Below are positions 17,320-27,405 of a DNA stretch of 64,000 bases, one piece after another (position 1 is the first letter of the stretch; every line of letters starts with the position of its first letter). Location of the stretch: assembly GCA_017449785.1 (NCBI GenBank), contig JAFTFA010000190.1:12342-76341 (forward strand), given 5' to 3'. This stretch comes from Muribaculaceae bacterium. Its GTDB lineage: Bacteria > Bacteroidota > Bacteroidia > Bacteroidales > Muribaculaceae. The notes under the pieces were generated by a model, which saw nothing but the letters and a program-made list of their open reading frames with translations, made no database searches and was not told the DNA's origin. A program made the position numbers and the translations under genes.

Positions 17320-19107
17320 TCAATGATTGGCCGCCAGGAGCATATTGATGAGCGTGGTCACATCCTTGATCGAGACCGAGGAATCCTTGCTGGTGTCGGC
17401 ACATGCCAGGCAGCAGTTGGCACCGCTAGTGCCCAGCAAGTGGTTGATCAGCGCTGTCACGTCCTTGATGTTGACGTCGTTGTCGTGGTTCACGTCGCCC
17501 AGGGCATAGTTGTGGGTCTCCTTCATGAACCAGAAGCTGGCCGAGCCGTCACGATTGATAATCATCCCGGTCACGGGCTTGCCCAGCATGCCCGCCTTGG
17601 GGCTGATATTGCCCATCGGGTCCATGTAGAGGACAGTTGACGGCGAGGTCTCGTCGGTGAGGTCGTGCTTGCTGCCCTGCGGCCACAGGTCGCCGCTCTC
17701 GCTATACTTGCTCAGCTTGTTGTCGGCCGGCAGCAGGGTCACCAGCTGGGTTTTCTCGTTGTTGGGCTTGTTGTTGGTCCAGTAGCTGGGACTGTAGGTG
17801 ATGTGGGTCACCAGGATGCCCTGTCCGGGCAGATAGCGGTCCCAATTGATGCGCTGGCGGTTCTCCAGGATGAAGTATTCGTTCTTGTTTAGGTCGCTCG
17901 TGATGCACACGGCCTTGTCGGTCACCGCCGAGTTCTGGTTCCACACGGGCAGCGTGTAGTAGGTATTGGGCTCGGCCTTGATGTAGTTGATCCATCCCAT
18001 GAACACCTTCTCGTAGGCCGAATAGCCCACCGGCGTGTAGCCGTCGTTGTTGTAGCAGCCCAGGCACATCACGTCCCAGTTGCCCATGCCGTAGTTGTCG
18101 TTGTTGCCCGTGTCATAGAGGTCGGGCAGGCCCAGGCAGTGGCCGAACTCGTGCACAAACGTGCCGATGCCGTCGATGGTCTTGCCGTTGTCGTTGCTGC
18201 CGTGCAGCTCGTTGAACACGGCAAAGTGGTTGACGTAGGGGTCACCGCCGCCGGGGCTGAAGGCGCCGTTGCCGCCGCGGGAATAATACTTGGCGGCATC
18301 GAGGGTCCAGTTGCAGGGCCACACGGCCTCGGGGTGGTACATCGAGGCCTGGGCCTCGCCCACGCCGGCATAGATGACGATGACCACGTCACAGTAGTAG
18401 TCGTTGTCGGTATCATAGGGGGCAAACGACACGCCGTCGGCCGACGCCAGCTCGCACGCCTCGGTCACCATCCAGCCGATGCCCTTGTCCTTGGTCGTTC
18501 CCGTGTGGCCGCCGTAGTACTCGCGGTCCTGGGACAGACAGTAGATGCCATAGACGTCAAAGGCCGGACGGTAGAGCCCGTTGGACTGGTCCATGAAGTA
18601 CTGTGACACGCTCTCCTGGCCGGTGAGCATGGACTCAATGATCTTTTCACGGGTATTGTTGAACTTCTTGTCCTGGAATTCGACCAGAATGATGGGGATG
18701 CGGCGGTCGCCCTTGGCGGGCACGTCGGCCGAGGCATTGCTGCCAACGGCATTTAAACCGCTCTTCCTGGCCGGCAACTTGTGGGGGGATACCTGCATCC
18801 TCAACGCGCTGCGTTGAGCGGCTACAAAGGCCTTCTCGGCAGCCGTGCGCTCTTTGGCATCATGGGCACGCATGGCCGTCAAGCCCGTCAATGACGAGGT
18901 GTAGTAGTAGTCGCCGTTTGTGCCACGGGCGACCGTCAGTCCGTCGGCCGTCGTGATCGCGTTGTTGAAGGCGTTGCCCACAGCCTGAACGTGCAGGGTA
19001 GTGCCGTCACTCTGGGAGATGGTGTGTAACCCGGGCCTAGCAGGAACAGCACTGGCCAGCATTGCGCAACATAGCATCATCGACAGGAAAAAAAGATTTT
19101 TCTTCAT
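17320..19107 (-). CDS. M6 (immune inhibitor A)-like zinc metalloprotease with a C-terminal dockerin-like domain
   Basis: HEFGHCLGLPDLYD (HExxH..G..D). C-terminal duplicated Ca-binding repeats GDVNHDNDVNIKDVTALINHLL / ADTSKDSSVSIKDVTTLINMLL. Signal peptide from the ATG at 19107. Confidence 0.85.
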   Translation of the reverse strand: MKKNLFFLSMMLCCAMLASAVPARPGLHTISQSDGTTLHVQAVGNAFNNAITTADGLTVARGTNGDYYYTSSLTGLTAMRAHDAKERTAAEKAFVAAQRSALRMQVSPHKLPARKSGLNAVGSNASADVPAKGDRRIPIILVEFQDKKFNNTREKIIESMLTGQESVSQYFMDQSNGLYRPAFDVYGIYCLSQDREYYGGHTGTTKDKGIGWMVTEACELASADGVSFAPYDTDNDYYCDVVIVIYAGVGEAQASMYHPEAVWPCNWTLDAAKYYSRGGNGAFSPGGGDPYVNHFAVFNELHGSNDNGKTIDGIGTFVHEFGHCLGLPDLYDTGNNDNYGMGNWDVMCLGCYNNDGYTPVGYSAYEKVFMGWINYIKAEPNTYYTLPVWNQNSAVTDKAVCITSDLNKNEYFILENRQRINWDRYLPGQGILVTHITYSPSYWTNNKPNNEKTQLVTLLPADNKLSKYSESGDLWPQGSKHDLTDETSPSTVLYMDPMGNISPKAGMLGKPVTGMIINRDGSASFWFMKETHNYALGDVNHDNDVNIKDVTALINHLLGTSGANCCLACADTSKDSSVSIKDVTTLINMLLAANH

Positions 19108-19348
19108 CGCAAGCAAGATGTTCGTAATTCTGTTAATAATGTAGCAAATAATAATAAAAGTTCAGTTAAAACATGATTGCCACGCTGTCACGACAAGTCC
19201 TGAAAGAGTGGCAGTTACAAAATTTGGCGGCAAAATTAAGCATAAAAATTCATCTCACCAAACATAACAGTGGCTATTCCTTCAAATTAACCGAAATCGG
19301 GAATCCTCTCCAATGGCTGTGCCACAGGCCCTTCTGCCCCCAAATGCG

Positions 19349-19383
19349 GGAGTGGCGTGAGCCCGAAAAGCCCACGCCACTCC
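19349..19383 (-). terminator. Strong stem-loop between the two protease genes
   Basis: GGAGTGGCGTG - 13-nt loop - CACGCCACTCC, a perfect 11-bp stem. There is no clear U-tract, so the terminator role is tentative. Confidence 0.45.
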
Positions 19384-19413
19384 TGCTAGCTTGATGATGA
19401 GGTATCGAGAGCG

Positions 19414-22254
19414 TTAAATCCCTCTCAACAACTTGTTGATCAGGTCAGTGACGTCGGTGATATTGATGGCACCGTCATCATTGACATCGGCACAGACGGG
19501 ACACAGCTGTGCCGTGTCGCGCAACAAGCCGTTGATCAACGTGGTGACGTCGCTGATGTTGACCGCGCCGTCGTGGTTCACGTCGCCCACTGCATAGCCG
19601 TGGTCGGCCAGGGTTACTTGCTCAACGTTGCTCCACTCGCTCTCGGTGCCGTCGGTGAAGACGGTCTTCACCTTGTAGATGTAGGTACCGGCCGGCTCGA
19701 GGTCCTTGACGTTGTAGAACCTGCCGGTGATGCCGGTGATGAGACGATAGGCAGCATCGCCCTGCTCGGTAGCGTTGAGCGATACCGAAGTCAGGTCGCC
19801 GGCATAGACCGTTACCTGCTTGATGCTGGAATAGTTGGTCAGTGACTTGATGGTCACGGCATCATTCTCGCTGCAATCGAGCACGACGACATAGTCGGTC
19901 ATGTCGGCGTTCAAGCTGAGGTCTTGGGAACCCGCACTGGTCGAGACGTTGATGGTCGAGTTGTCGTAGTAGTAGGCCGCAGCCTTGACGACAACCGTCA
20001 TCTTGTCATAACCCATGAGGTTATAGGCGGGCGTCTTGACCGTGCCGTCAAAGGCAATGATCAACGCGTTGCCATAGGCTCCCAGGAAGTAGCTGCCCGA
20101 CCAGCCCTGTGGCAGATAGTCGCCCAGCTTGTCGGTGATGTCGGCAAGGCCGGCACCGTCGCTGGTCAGGGCATCGGGCACGGTGCTGAAGTCGGCGTCT
20201 TCCATCAGCTGGACGGCGGGCTTGGTCCTCACCTCGAGGGTGTAGCTGGCTACATTCTGCTCGGGCGTCTGGTCGGTCCAGTCGGCGCGGAAGCGGGTCA
20301 GCGCGATGGCGTCAGCGTCGGCAGGCTGCATCACGGGAGCATAGCCCTCGATAAGGCCGTGGCCCGTGAGGTTGACCACGACATCCTGGGCACCGTCGCT
20401 CTTCAGCGTCAGGGTCGCTGCATAATCTTGGATGGCTGCGGGGGCAAAGGTCAGCGTCACGTCCACACCATTGGCCGCATCGGCGGCGCTGAAGGCGGCT
20501 GGCTCGACGGCAAACACGCCGTTGGCATCGTTGAGCGTGAGCGTCACGTCGCCCGTCAAGGCCACGCCGAAGACCTTCAGCGTCCTGGTGGCGCTATTGT
20601 TCATCTTCACGCTGCCGAAGTCCACGTCGGTAGCCGTTACCGAGATCGTGGGATCGACAACGGTACCCTTCATGTACCAGAAGCTGGCCGTGCCGTCGTT
20701 GTTGATGACCATCTCGGTCACGGGCTTGCCCAGGCTGCCGGCATTGCTCACGATCGAGCCGTTGGCCCTCATGTAGAGTCTGGCGGGAGGCGTGGAGCTG
20801 TCGGTGAAGTCGGTCTTGCCGCTCTGGGGCCACAGGTCGGTGCTCTCGTTGTAGTAGGATAAGGTGTTGTCGGCAGGCACGAGGGTCATCAGCTGGATGT
20901 TCTCGTTGTTGGGCGTGTTGGCCCACCAGCGGTCGGCATTATAGGTCACGTGGGTGATCATGATACCCTCACCGGGCATGTAGCGGTCCCAGCCCTGACG
21001 CTTGCGGTTCTCGAGGATGAAGTATTCATTCTCGTTCAGGTCGCTCGTGATGCACACGGCCTTGTCGGTCGACTGCTGCTTCTGGTTCCACACGGGCAGC
21101 GTGTAGTAGGTGCCGGGGAAGGGCTTGATATACTCGGCCCAGCCCATGAAGACCTTCTCATAGGCCGAATAGCCCGGCGGCGTGAAGCCGTCGTTGTTGT
21201 AGCAACCCATGCACATGATGTCCCAGTCGCCCATGCCATAGTGGTTGCCATTGCCCGTGTCATAGAAGTCGGGCAAGCCCAGGCAGTGGCCGAACTCGTG
21301 GGCAAACGTGCCGATGCCGTCGATGGTCTTGCCGTTGTCGTTGCTGCCGTGCAGCTCATTGAAGACGGCAAACGTATCGACATAGGGGTCACCCTGGGAC
21401 GGACGGAAGGCTCCGTCGCCGCCGCAGGAGTAGTAGGCAGCGGCATCGAGGGTCCAGTTGCAGGGCCAGATGGCCTCGGGATGGGTGGTAGAGGCCTGGG
21501 CCTCGCCCACGCCGGCATAGATGACGATGACCACATCGCAGAAGTCATCGCTGTTAGTGTCATAGGGCTTGAACGACACGCCGTCGGCAGCGGCCAGCTG
21601 GCAGGCTTCGGTAACCATCGAGCCTAGCCCCTTGTCGCTATTGTTGCCCTGGTGGGCGCCATAGTAGGAGCGGTCATGGGCCAGGCCATAGATGCCAAAG
21701 ACCTCAAACTCGGGCTCATACATGCCGTTGGACTGGTCGCGGAAGTACTGGCCGACGCTCTCATTGCCCGTCAGCATGGCATCGATGATTTCCTGGCGGG
21801 TATTGTTGAACTTCTTGTCGGTAAACTCGACCAGGATGATGGGGATGCGGCGCTGGCCCAGTGCGGGCACGCCCGAATCCTCGTTGCTGCCGCCGACGCC
21901 CAGCCGGTGATTCCTGGGGGCGGTGACGGGCGAGGCCTTCTGCATCATCAAGTGGGCACGCTGGGCGTTGACAAAGGCGTTCTCGCTCGGGGTGCGCTGT
22001 CCGGGCTCATGGGCGAGCATGGCAGTCTGGCCCGTGAGCGAGGAGGAGTAATAGAAACTGCCGTCGCTCCCGCGGACGACCGTCAGGCCGTCGCTGGTGA
22101 GAATGGCATTGTTGAATGCGTTGCCCACGGCCTGTACCTTCAAGGTGGTGCCGTCGCTCTGGGTCACATTGTGCCAGCCGGGCTTGGCGGGCATGGCCAC
22201 GGCCGCAATTCCACAGCACAAGAGTGTAAGTAATGTCAGGACTCTTCTTTTCAT
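19414..22254 (-). CDS. M6-like zinc metalloprotease, long paralog with Ig-like/Fn3-like middle region and a C-terminal dockerin-like domain
   Basis: HEFGHCLGLPDFYD. The N-terminal ~520 aa are collinear with the 17320-19107 paralog. The C-terminus is GDVNHDGAVNISDVTTLINGLL...ADVNDDGAINITDVTDLINKLL. Confidence 0.85.
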   Translation of the reverse strand: MKRRVLTLLTLLCCGIAAVAMPAKPGWHNVTQSDGTTLKVQAVGNAFNNAILTSDGLTVVRGSDGSFYYSSSLTGQTAMLAHEPGQRTPSENAFVNAQRAHLMMQKASPVTAPRNHRLGVGGSNEDSGVPALGQRRIPIILVEFTDKKFNNTRQEIIDAMLTGNESVGQYFRDQSNGMYEPEFEVFGIYGLAHDRSYYGAHQGNNSDKGLGSMVTEACQLAAADGVSFKPYDTNSDDFCDVVIVIYAGVGEAQASTTHPEAIWPCNWTLDAAAYYSCGGDGAFRPSQGDPYVDTFAVFNELHGSNDNGKTIDGIGTFAHEFGHCLGLPDFYDTGNGNHYGMGDWDIMCMGCYNNDGFTPPGYSAYEKVFMGWAEYIKPFPGTYYTLPVWNQKQQSTDKAVCITSDLNENEYFILENRKRQGWDRYMPGEGIMITHVTYNADRWWANTPNNENIQLMTLVPADNTLSYYNESTDLWPQSGKTDFTDSSTPPARLYMRANGSIVSNAGSLGKPVTEMVINNDGTASFWYMKGTVVDPTISVTATDVDFGSVKMNNSATRTLKVFGVALTGDVTLTLNDANGVFAVEPAAFSAADAANGVDVTLTFAPAAIQDYAATLTLKSDGAQDVVVNLTGHGLIEGYAPVMQPADADAIALTRFRADWTDQTPEQNVASYTLEVRTKPAVQLMEDADFSTVPDALTSDGAGLADITDKLGDYLPQGWSGSYFLGAYGNALIIAFDGTVKTPAYNLMGYDKMTVVVKAAAYYYDNSTINVSTSAGSQDLSLNADMTDYVVVLDCSENDAVTIKSLTNYSSIKQVTVYAGDLTSVSLNATEQGDAAYRLITGITGRFYNVKDLEPAGTYIYKVKTVFTDGTESEWSNVEQVTLADHGYAVGDVNHDGAVNISDVTTLINGLLRDTAQLCPVCADVNDDGAINITDVTDLINKLLRGI

Positions 22255-22368
22255 CGTTGTTTTGTTTTAGGTTAGTAAAAAGTCTATCAGATTCAATGGA
22301 TATATACTCTAGTCGATAGAAGGCAACATGTCCCCACTGCCGGTGGGGGGACGCGCGTGGAAGTCGCC

Positions 22369-24192
22369 TCACTCGCCCAGCGCGGCGATGAGGGCCGCGG
22401 CACGCGCGGGGCCGACGACGGCAGCCAGTTCCTCCTGGGAGGCTTCACGGATGCGCTTGAGGGACTTGAAATGCTTGAGCAGCAGCGTCCTGGTCTTGGG
22501 GCCGATGCCCGGCACGTCGTCGAGGGCGCTGTGGACCTGCCCCTTGCTGCGCTGCTTGCGGTGGAAGGTGATGGCAAAGCGGTGGGCCTCGTCGCGCAGG
22601 CGCTGTATCACGTGCAGCGTCTCGCTGTTCTTGTCGATGTAGAGCGGCACGCTGTCACCCGGGAAATAGACCTCGTTGAGTCGCTTGGCGATGCCCACGA
22701 CGGCCAACTGGCCCTGCAGGCCGATGCTGTCGAGTGCCTCGAGAGCCGCCGTCACCTGCCCCTTGCCGCCATCGACGATGAGCAGTTGGGGCAATTCCTG
22801 CCCCTCCTGCACCAGCCGGCTGTAGCGGCGGGTGACGACCTCACGCATCGAGGCGAAGTCGTCGGCACCCTCCACGGTCTTGATATTGAAGTGGCGGTAC
22901 TCCTTCTTGGCCGGCTTGGCGTTGCGGAATACCACACACGACGCCACAGGGCTGGAACCGCTGATGTTGCTGTTGTCAAAGCACTCGATGTGGCGCGGCA
23001 GCACCGACAGGCGCAGGTCGCGCTGCATGGTGGTGAGCGTGCGCGTGGTGCGCTGCTCGGGGTTGAGTTTCTCCATCATGCGCAGGCGGTCGGTGCGCTG
23101 CTGGGTCGCGTTCTTGATGGCGATGTCGAGCAGGTGCTTCTTGTCGCCGCGCTGCGGGATGACAAAGGTCAAGTCGGCAAACTCGACGTCGGGCACGACA
23201 TTGACCATGGCCTCGGTCACGCGGTCGCGGCGGTAGGTCTCGGCAAAACGCTGGTGCACCTCGGCAATGGCCATCGACATGATCTCGGCATCGGTCTCGT
23301 CACGCGTCGAGAGGCGGTACTCCAGGGTCCAGGAGTGCACCACTGCCCCACCCCGCACGTGCATGAAATTGACCCACGCGGCATCCTCGTCGCGCAGCAG
23401 GCCGAACACGTCGATGTTGTGGATGCTGGGACTGACGATGACCGAGCGGCGCCGCACGTGCTCCAGCAACTTGTAGCGCCGCTTGATCACCTCGGCCTCC
23501 TCAAAGCGCAATTCCCCGGCCAGCTCCTGCATCTGCTGCATGAGCACGTCCATCAGCACATGGGTGTCGCCGTTCAATATCTGGCGTATCTCGCTGATGT
23601 ATTTCCCGTACTGCTCGGCGCTCACGAGGCCCTTGCAGCATCCCTCACAGCGATGGATGTGGTACTGCAGGCACAGGCGATGCTTGTCGGCCTCGATTGT
23701 TTCACGTGAAACATTCAGGCGGCACGTGCGCAGCGGATAGATCTGGCGGATGGTGTCGATGAGGACACGGGCGACCTCGGTGCGCGGATAGGGGCCGTAG
23801 AAGCGGTCCCCCTTGACGCGGGCCTCGCGAGTGATGTACACGCGCGGATATAGCCCTCCCGAGATGCAGATCCACGGGTAGCTCTTGTCGTCCTTGAGCA
23901 GGACGTTGTAGCGCGGCTGGTACTCCTTGATGAGCGCGTTCTCGAGGTCGAGGGCCTCTTCCTCGGTATTGACGACGGTGTATTCAAGGTCGGCAATGTT
24001 GCGCACGAGCATCGTCGTGCGCACCGATGCGTGCTCACGGTTGAAGTAGGAGTTGACGCGCCGCTTCAGGTTCTTGGCCTTACCGACATAGATGATGGTG
24101 CCCTCCCGATTGCGGTAGCGGTAAACGCCGGGCTCATCGGGGAGCAGCGACAGCTTGAGCTTCAACTCGTCGGTCATTGCACTGGGACGCAA
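22369..24192 (-). CDS. uvrC: Excinuclease ABC subunit C
   Basis: GIY-YIG start GVYRYRNREGTIIYVGKAKNLKRRVNSYF. C-terminal HhH GIGPKTRTLLLKHFKSLKRIREAS. Confidence 0.95.
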   Translation of the reverse strand: MRPSAMTDELKLKLSLLPDEPGVYRYRNREGTIIYVGKAKNLKRRVNSYFNREHASVRTTMLVRNIADLEYTVVNTEEEALDLENALIKEYQPRYNVLLKDDKSYPWICISGGLYPRVYITREARVKGDRFYGPYPRTEVARVLIDTIRQIYPLRTCRLNVSRETIEADKHRLCLQYHIHRCEGCCKGLVSAEQYGKYISEIRQILNGDTHVLMDVLMQQMQELAGELRFEEAEVIKRRYKLLEHVRRRSVIVSPSIHNIDVFGLLRDEDAAWVNFMHVRGGAVVHSWTLEYRLSTRDETDAEIMSMAIAEVHQRFAETYRRDRVTEAMVNVVPDVEFADLTFVIPQRGDKKHLLDIAIKNATQQRTDRLRMMEKLNPEQRTTRTLTTMQRDLRLSVLPRHIECFDNSNISGSSPVASCVVFRNAKPAKKEYRHFNIKTVEGADDFASMREVVTRRYSRLVQEGQELPQLLIVDGGKGQVTAALEALDSIGLQGQLAVVGIAKRLNEVYFPGDSVPLYIDKNSETLHVIQRLRDEAHRFAITFHRKQRSKGQVHSALDDVPGIGPKTRTLLLKHFKSLKRIREASQEELAAVVGPARAAALIAALGE

Positions 24193-24195
24193 GTG

Positions 24196-24729
24196 TTAAA
24201 AGGTAAACAATGAAGTCACCTCGACCTCGGGCGGGAAGACGTCGCGTCCGTGCAGGTCGGCCAGGTCGCAGATGAAGTTGATGTACACCTTCTTGGGGTT
24301 CATCGACTTCACCAGCTCATAGGCAGCCAGCATCGTGCCGCCGGTGGCCAGCAGGTCGTCGTGGATGACGACGATGTCGTCGGGGGTGATGGCGTCCTTG
24401 TGCACCTCGATGGTGTCGGTGCCATATTCCTTGGTATAAGACTTCTGGATGACCTCGGCGGGCAGCTTGCCGGGCTTGCGCAGGGGCACAAAGCCTGCTC
24501 CCAGCTGGGTGGCGAGAATAGCGCCGCCGATGAAGCCGCGGGCCTCGATGCCCACGACGCGGGTGATGACCTTGTCGCGGTAGAGGTCGGTCATGGCCTT
24601 TACCATAATCTGTAGGGCTTCGGGATCCTTAAATGCGGTCGTCAGGTCCTTGAACTGGATGCCTGGAACGGGGAAGTCGGGCACGTTGCGCACCACGCTC
24701 TTCACTTTCTGTAATTCTTCGTTATTCAT
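24196..24729 (-). CDS. apt: Adenine phosphoribosyltransferase
   Basis: PRPP-binding loop VVIHDDLLATGGT. 177 aa. Confidence 0.95.
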   Translation of the reverse strand: MNNEELQKVKSVVRNVPDFPVPGIQFKDLTTAFKDPEALQIMVKAMTDLYRDKVITRVVGIEARGFIGGAILATQLGAGFVPLRKPGKLPAEVIQKSYTKEYGTDTIEVHKDAITPDDIVVIHDDLLATGGTMLAAYELVKSMNPKKVYINFICDLADLHGRDVFPPEVEVTSLFTF

Positions 24730-24774
24730 TTGTTAATCAGATTATTATGTGTTAATTGTTTCACGTGGAACAAA

Positions 24775-26652
24775 TCATCGGCCTAGCAGAACGAGCAGGA
24801 TGTTGATGTCGCTGGGCGAGACGCCCGGGATGCGCGAGGCCTGCCCCACGGTCTCGGGGTCGATGGCCTGGAGCTTCTGTCGGGCTTCGGTCGAGATTTG
24901 GTGTATCTGGGAGTAGTCAAATTTGCCTTTCAATGTGACGTTGTCGAGGCGGGCGACACGGTCGGCGATCATGGTCTCACGCTCGATATAGCCGCGGTAC
25001 TTGATGGCGATTTCGGTCGCCTCGACGATTTCGTCGCGACGTGCATCCTCCAGGGCGTCGATTTGGGCCTGCAATTCGGGCAGCGCATCGGCCAGCATCG
25101 CGATGTTGAGCTGCGGGCGCAGCAAGAGGTCGTGCAGGCGCTGGCCCTGGGTCAGTGGCTGCATACCCTGGCGCTCCAGCACGGGATTGATGGCCGCCGT
25201 CTTGACGGTGAAGTCGCGGGAGAAGGCCGTGAGGCGCGCAATCTGGTCGCGCTTGCTGCACATGAGGTCATAGCGCTCGCGGGTAGCGAGACCCAGGCGG
25301 TAGCCTTTCTCGGTGAGGCGCATGTCGGCATCGTCCTGACGGAGCAGGATGCGGTGCTCGGCGCGCGAGGTGAACATCCGGTAGGGCTCGTCCACGCCAC
25401 AGGTCACCAGGTCGTCGATGAGCACGCCGATGTAGGCCTCGTTGCGTGCTAGGGTGAACGGCGCGCCGCCCGTGACTTTCTGGTGGGCGTTGATGCCGGC
25501 GATGAGCCCCTGCCCTGCCGCTTCCTCATAGCCCGTCGTGCCGTTGACCTGTCCTGCCAGGAACAGGTTCTTGACCAGCTTGGACTCGAGCGTGTGATAG
25601 AGCTGGGTCGGGTCAAAGAAGTCATACTCGATGGCATAACCGGGGCGGAAGGCATGGACGTCCTTCAAGGCGGGAATGTGGCGCAAGGCCTCGATCTGCA
25701 CCTCCCAGGGCAGCGACGACGAGAAGCCGTTGAGGTACATCTCGTGGGTCGTGGCTCCCTCGGGCTCGATAAAGAGCTGGTGTGAGGTCTTGTCGGCAAA
25801 GGTCACAATCTTGGTCTCGATGCTGGGGCAATAACGGGGGCCGATGCTGGTGATCTGGCCATTGTAGAGCGGTGACTGGGGCAGTCCGCGGCGCAGCACC
25901 TCGTGCACCTCTTCATTGGTGTGGACGATCCAGCACGGGCGTTGCGGCAGGGTGGAATGGATGCCGGGAAGGAAAGAAAAATGGTGGAAATCCTGCTCGC
26001 CGTCCTGACGGATGCACTGCGAGAAATCGATCGTGCGCTCGTCCAGTCGTGGCGGCGTGCCCGTCTTCATGCGGCCGACGGTAAGGCCCAGCGAGGCCAG
26101 TTGCTCGGTGATTCCGGTTGCAGGAGGCTCCGAGACGCGCCCGCCTGGGGTCTTGACCGGCCCCACGTGCATCAATCCGTTGAGAAAGGTTCCGGCGGTC
26201 AGGACGACGGCTTGGGCGGTAAAGGTCATGCCCAGGGCCGTCTTGACGCCCTTCACTACCCCACCCTCGATGACAAATTCATTGACTGAATCCTGCCACA
26301 TGAACAGGTTGGGCGTGTTCTCCAGCACGTTTCTCCACTCGAGGATGAACTGCTGGCGGTCGCTCTGCGATCGCGGGCTCCACATCGCGGGTCCCTTGCT
26401 ACGGTTGAGCATCCTGAACTGGATGCTGCTGCGGTCGGTGACAACGCCCATCTGGCCTCCCAGCGCGTCGATTTCGCGCACGATCTGCCCCTTGGCAATG
26501 CCGCCGACGGCAGGATTGCAGCTCATCTGGGCAATCTTGTTCATGTCGATCGTGATGAGCAGGGTGTGCGAGCCCAGACGGGCTGCTGCCGCGGCAGCCT
26601 CGCAACCGGCATGACCGGCCCCCACCACTATCACATCATAGTCGTTACTCAT
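24775..26652 (-). CDS. mnmG: tRNA uridine-5-carboxymethylaminomethyl modification enzyme MnmG (GidA)
   Basis: YDVIVVGAGHAGCEAA FAD motif, SCNPAVGGIAKG, and GQVNGTTGYEEAAGQG. Confidence 0.95.
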   Translation of the reverse strand: MSNDYDVIVVGAGHAGCEAAAAAARLGSHTLLITIDMNKIAQMSCNPAVGGIAKGQIVREIDALGGQMGVVTDRSSIQFRMLNRSKGPAMWSPRSQSDRQQFILEWRNVLENTPNLFMWQDSVNEFVIEGGVVKGVKTALGMTFTAQAVVLTAGTFLNGLMHVGPVKTPGGRVSEPPATGITEQLASLGLTVGRMKTGTPPRLDERTIDFSQCIRQDGEQDFHHFSFLPGIHSTLPQRPCWIVHTNEEVHEVLRRGLPQSPLYNGQITSIGPRYCPSIETKIVTFADKTSHQLFIEPEGATTHEMYLNGFSSSLPWEVQIEALRHIPALKDVHAFRPGYAIEYDFFDPTQLYHTLESKLVKNLFLAGQVNGTTGYEEAAGQGLIAGINAHQKVTGGAPFTLARNEAYIGVLIDDLVTCGVDEPYRMFTSRAEHRILLRQDDADMRLTEKGYRLGLATRERYDLMCSKRDQIARLTAFSRDFTVKTAAINPVLERQGMQPLTQGQRLHDLLLRPQLNIAMLADALPELQAQIDALEDARRDEIVEATEIAIKYRGYIERETMIADRVARLDNVTLKGKFDYSQIHQISTEARQKLQAIDPETVGQASRIPGVSPSDINILLVLLGR

Positions 26653-27089
26653 TTCTGGAATACGTTCTCGGGAAGGATGGACAAGGCATCATTCTCGTGC
26701 TGCTCCATGATTTCACGCTCACCGGGGCCCTTGTCGTTGATGCCGCACAGGTGGAGCACACCATGGATGATGACACGCATCAACTCGGTCTCGTAGGGCA
26801 CGTCGAGGCCCTCGGCATTGGTGCGCACGGTATCGAGCGAGATGACCATGTCGCCTGCAATGTGGCGCGAGTTGGTGTAGTCAAAGGTGATGATGTCAGT
26901 GTAATAGTCATGACCGAGGAACTCCCGGTTGGTCTGCAGGATGTACTCGTCGTCGCAGAAGACGTAGGTCAAGCACCCCACCCTCTGTCCATGACGCTGA
27001 GCCACCTCGACAATCCAGTCACGCACCAGCGCCTCGTCGAGTGCCGGCATGGTGACATTGCCCTGGGTCATGTAGTTGATTTCTGTCAT
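26649..27089 (-). CDS. ybeY: rRNA maturation endoribonuclease YbeY
   Basis: HGVLHLCGINDKGPGE (H3xH5xH zinc motif). Overlaps the mnmG start by 4 nt. Confidence 0.9.
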   Translation of the reverse strand: MTEINYMTQGNVTMPALDEALVRDWIVEVAQRHGQRVGCLTYVFCDDEYILQTNREFLGHDYYTDIITFDYTNSRHIAGDMVISLDTVRTNAEGLDVPYETELMRVIIHGVLHLCGINDKGPGEREIMEQHENDALSILPENVFQK

Positions 27090-27115
27090 TTCACTATCTA
27101 TTGAAAAACGGGAGA

Positions 27116-27123
27116 CAAAGATA
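27116..27123 (-). promoter_or_regulatory. -7 promoter box for the ybeY-mnmG-apt-uvrC operon
   Basis: CAAAGATA on the plus strand, 27 nt upstream of the ybeY start. Confidence 0.5.
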
Positions 27124-27397
27124 ACACAATAATTTTACAAACAAGCATAAATTGGCAAGAATTGATGGCTGGCCGCCATACTTTTTGGACGCATGGGGCA
27201 ATTAGGGCAAAAATGCCTTACAGGACCCCCTACCCGATTTTTCTGGCCAAAACCCCAAAATGGCCAAAAACGCTGAAAAACAGCCCGAAACCGCATTTTA
27301 ACCCTCTGAGAATTCAAAATTCGGGCCAGCGCGATAAATCATAGGGCAATTTTTGATTAAAATTGGCATAAAATTTGCAGGTAAGAAGGAAAAGCCC

Positions 27398-27405
27398 TAC
27401 CTTTG
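27398..27405 (+). promoter_or_regulatory. -7 promoter box about 190 nt upstream of nfeD (long leader or independent small RNA)
   Basis: TACCTTTG. It is the only exact box I found in the 512-bp ybeY/nfeD divergent spacer on the plus strand. Confidence 0.4.

Noticed and set aside
17320-17500. T9SS C-terminal sorting domain on the M6 proteases
   Set aside because: The last ~60 residues match duplicated dockerin Ca-binding repeats (DxNxDxxxxxxD + hydrophobic helix). They do not match the beta-sandwich CTD pattern seen at the end of 48852-53042.
22357-23709. Long antisense ORFs opposite uvrC; the same phenomenon occurs at 39346-40950, 45705-47231, 50538-52586, 55192-56208 and 57808-59148
   Set aside because: Each lies opposite a confidently identified gene. 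Their compositions are dominated by G/A/V/L/D/H runs. They have no start context (-7 box, A-rich leader) and no recognisable domains.
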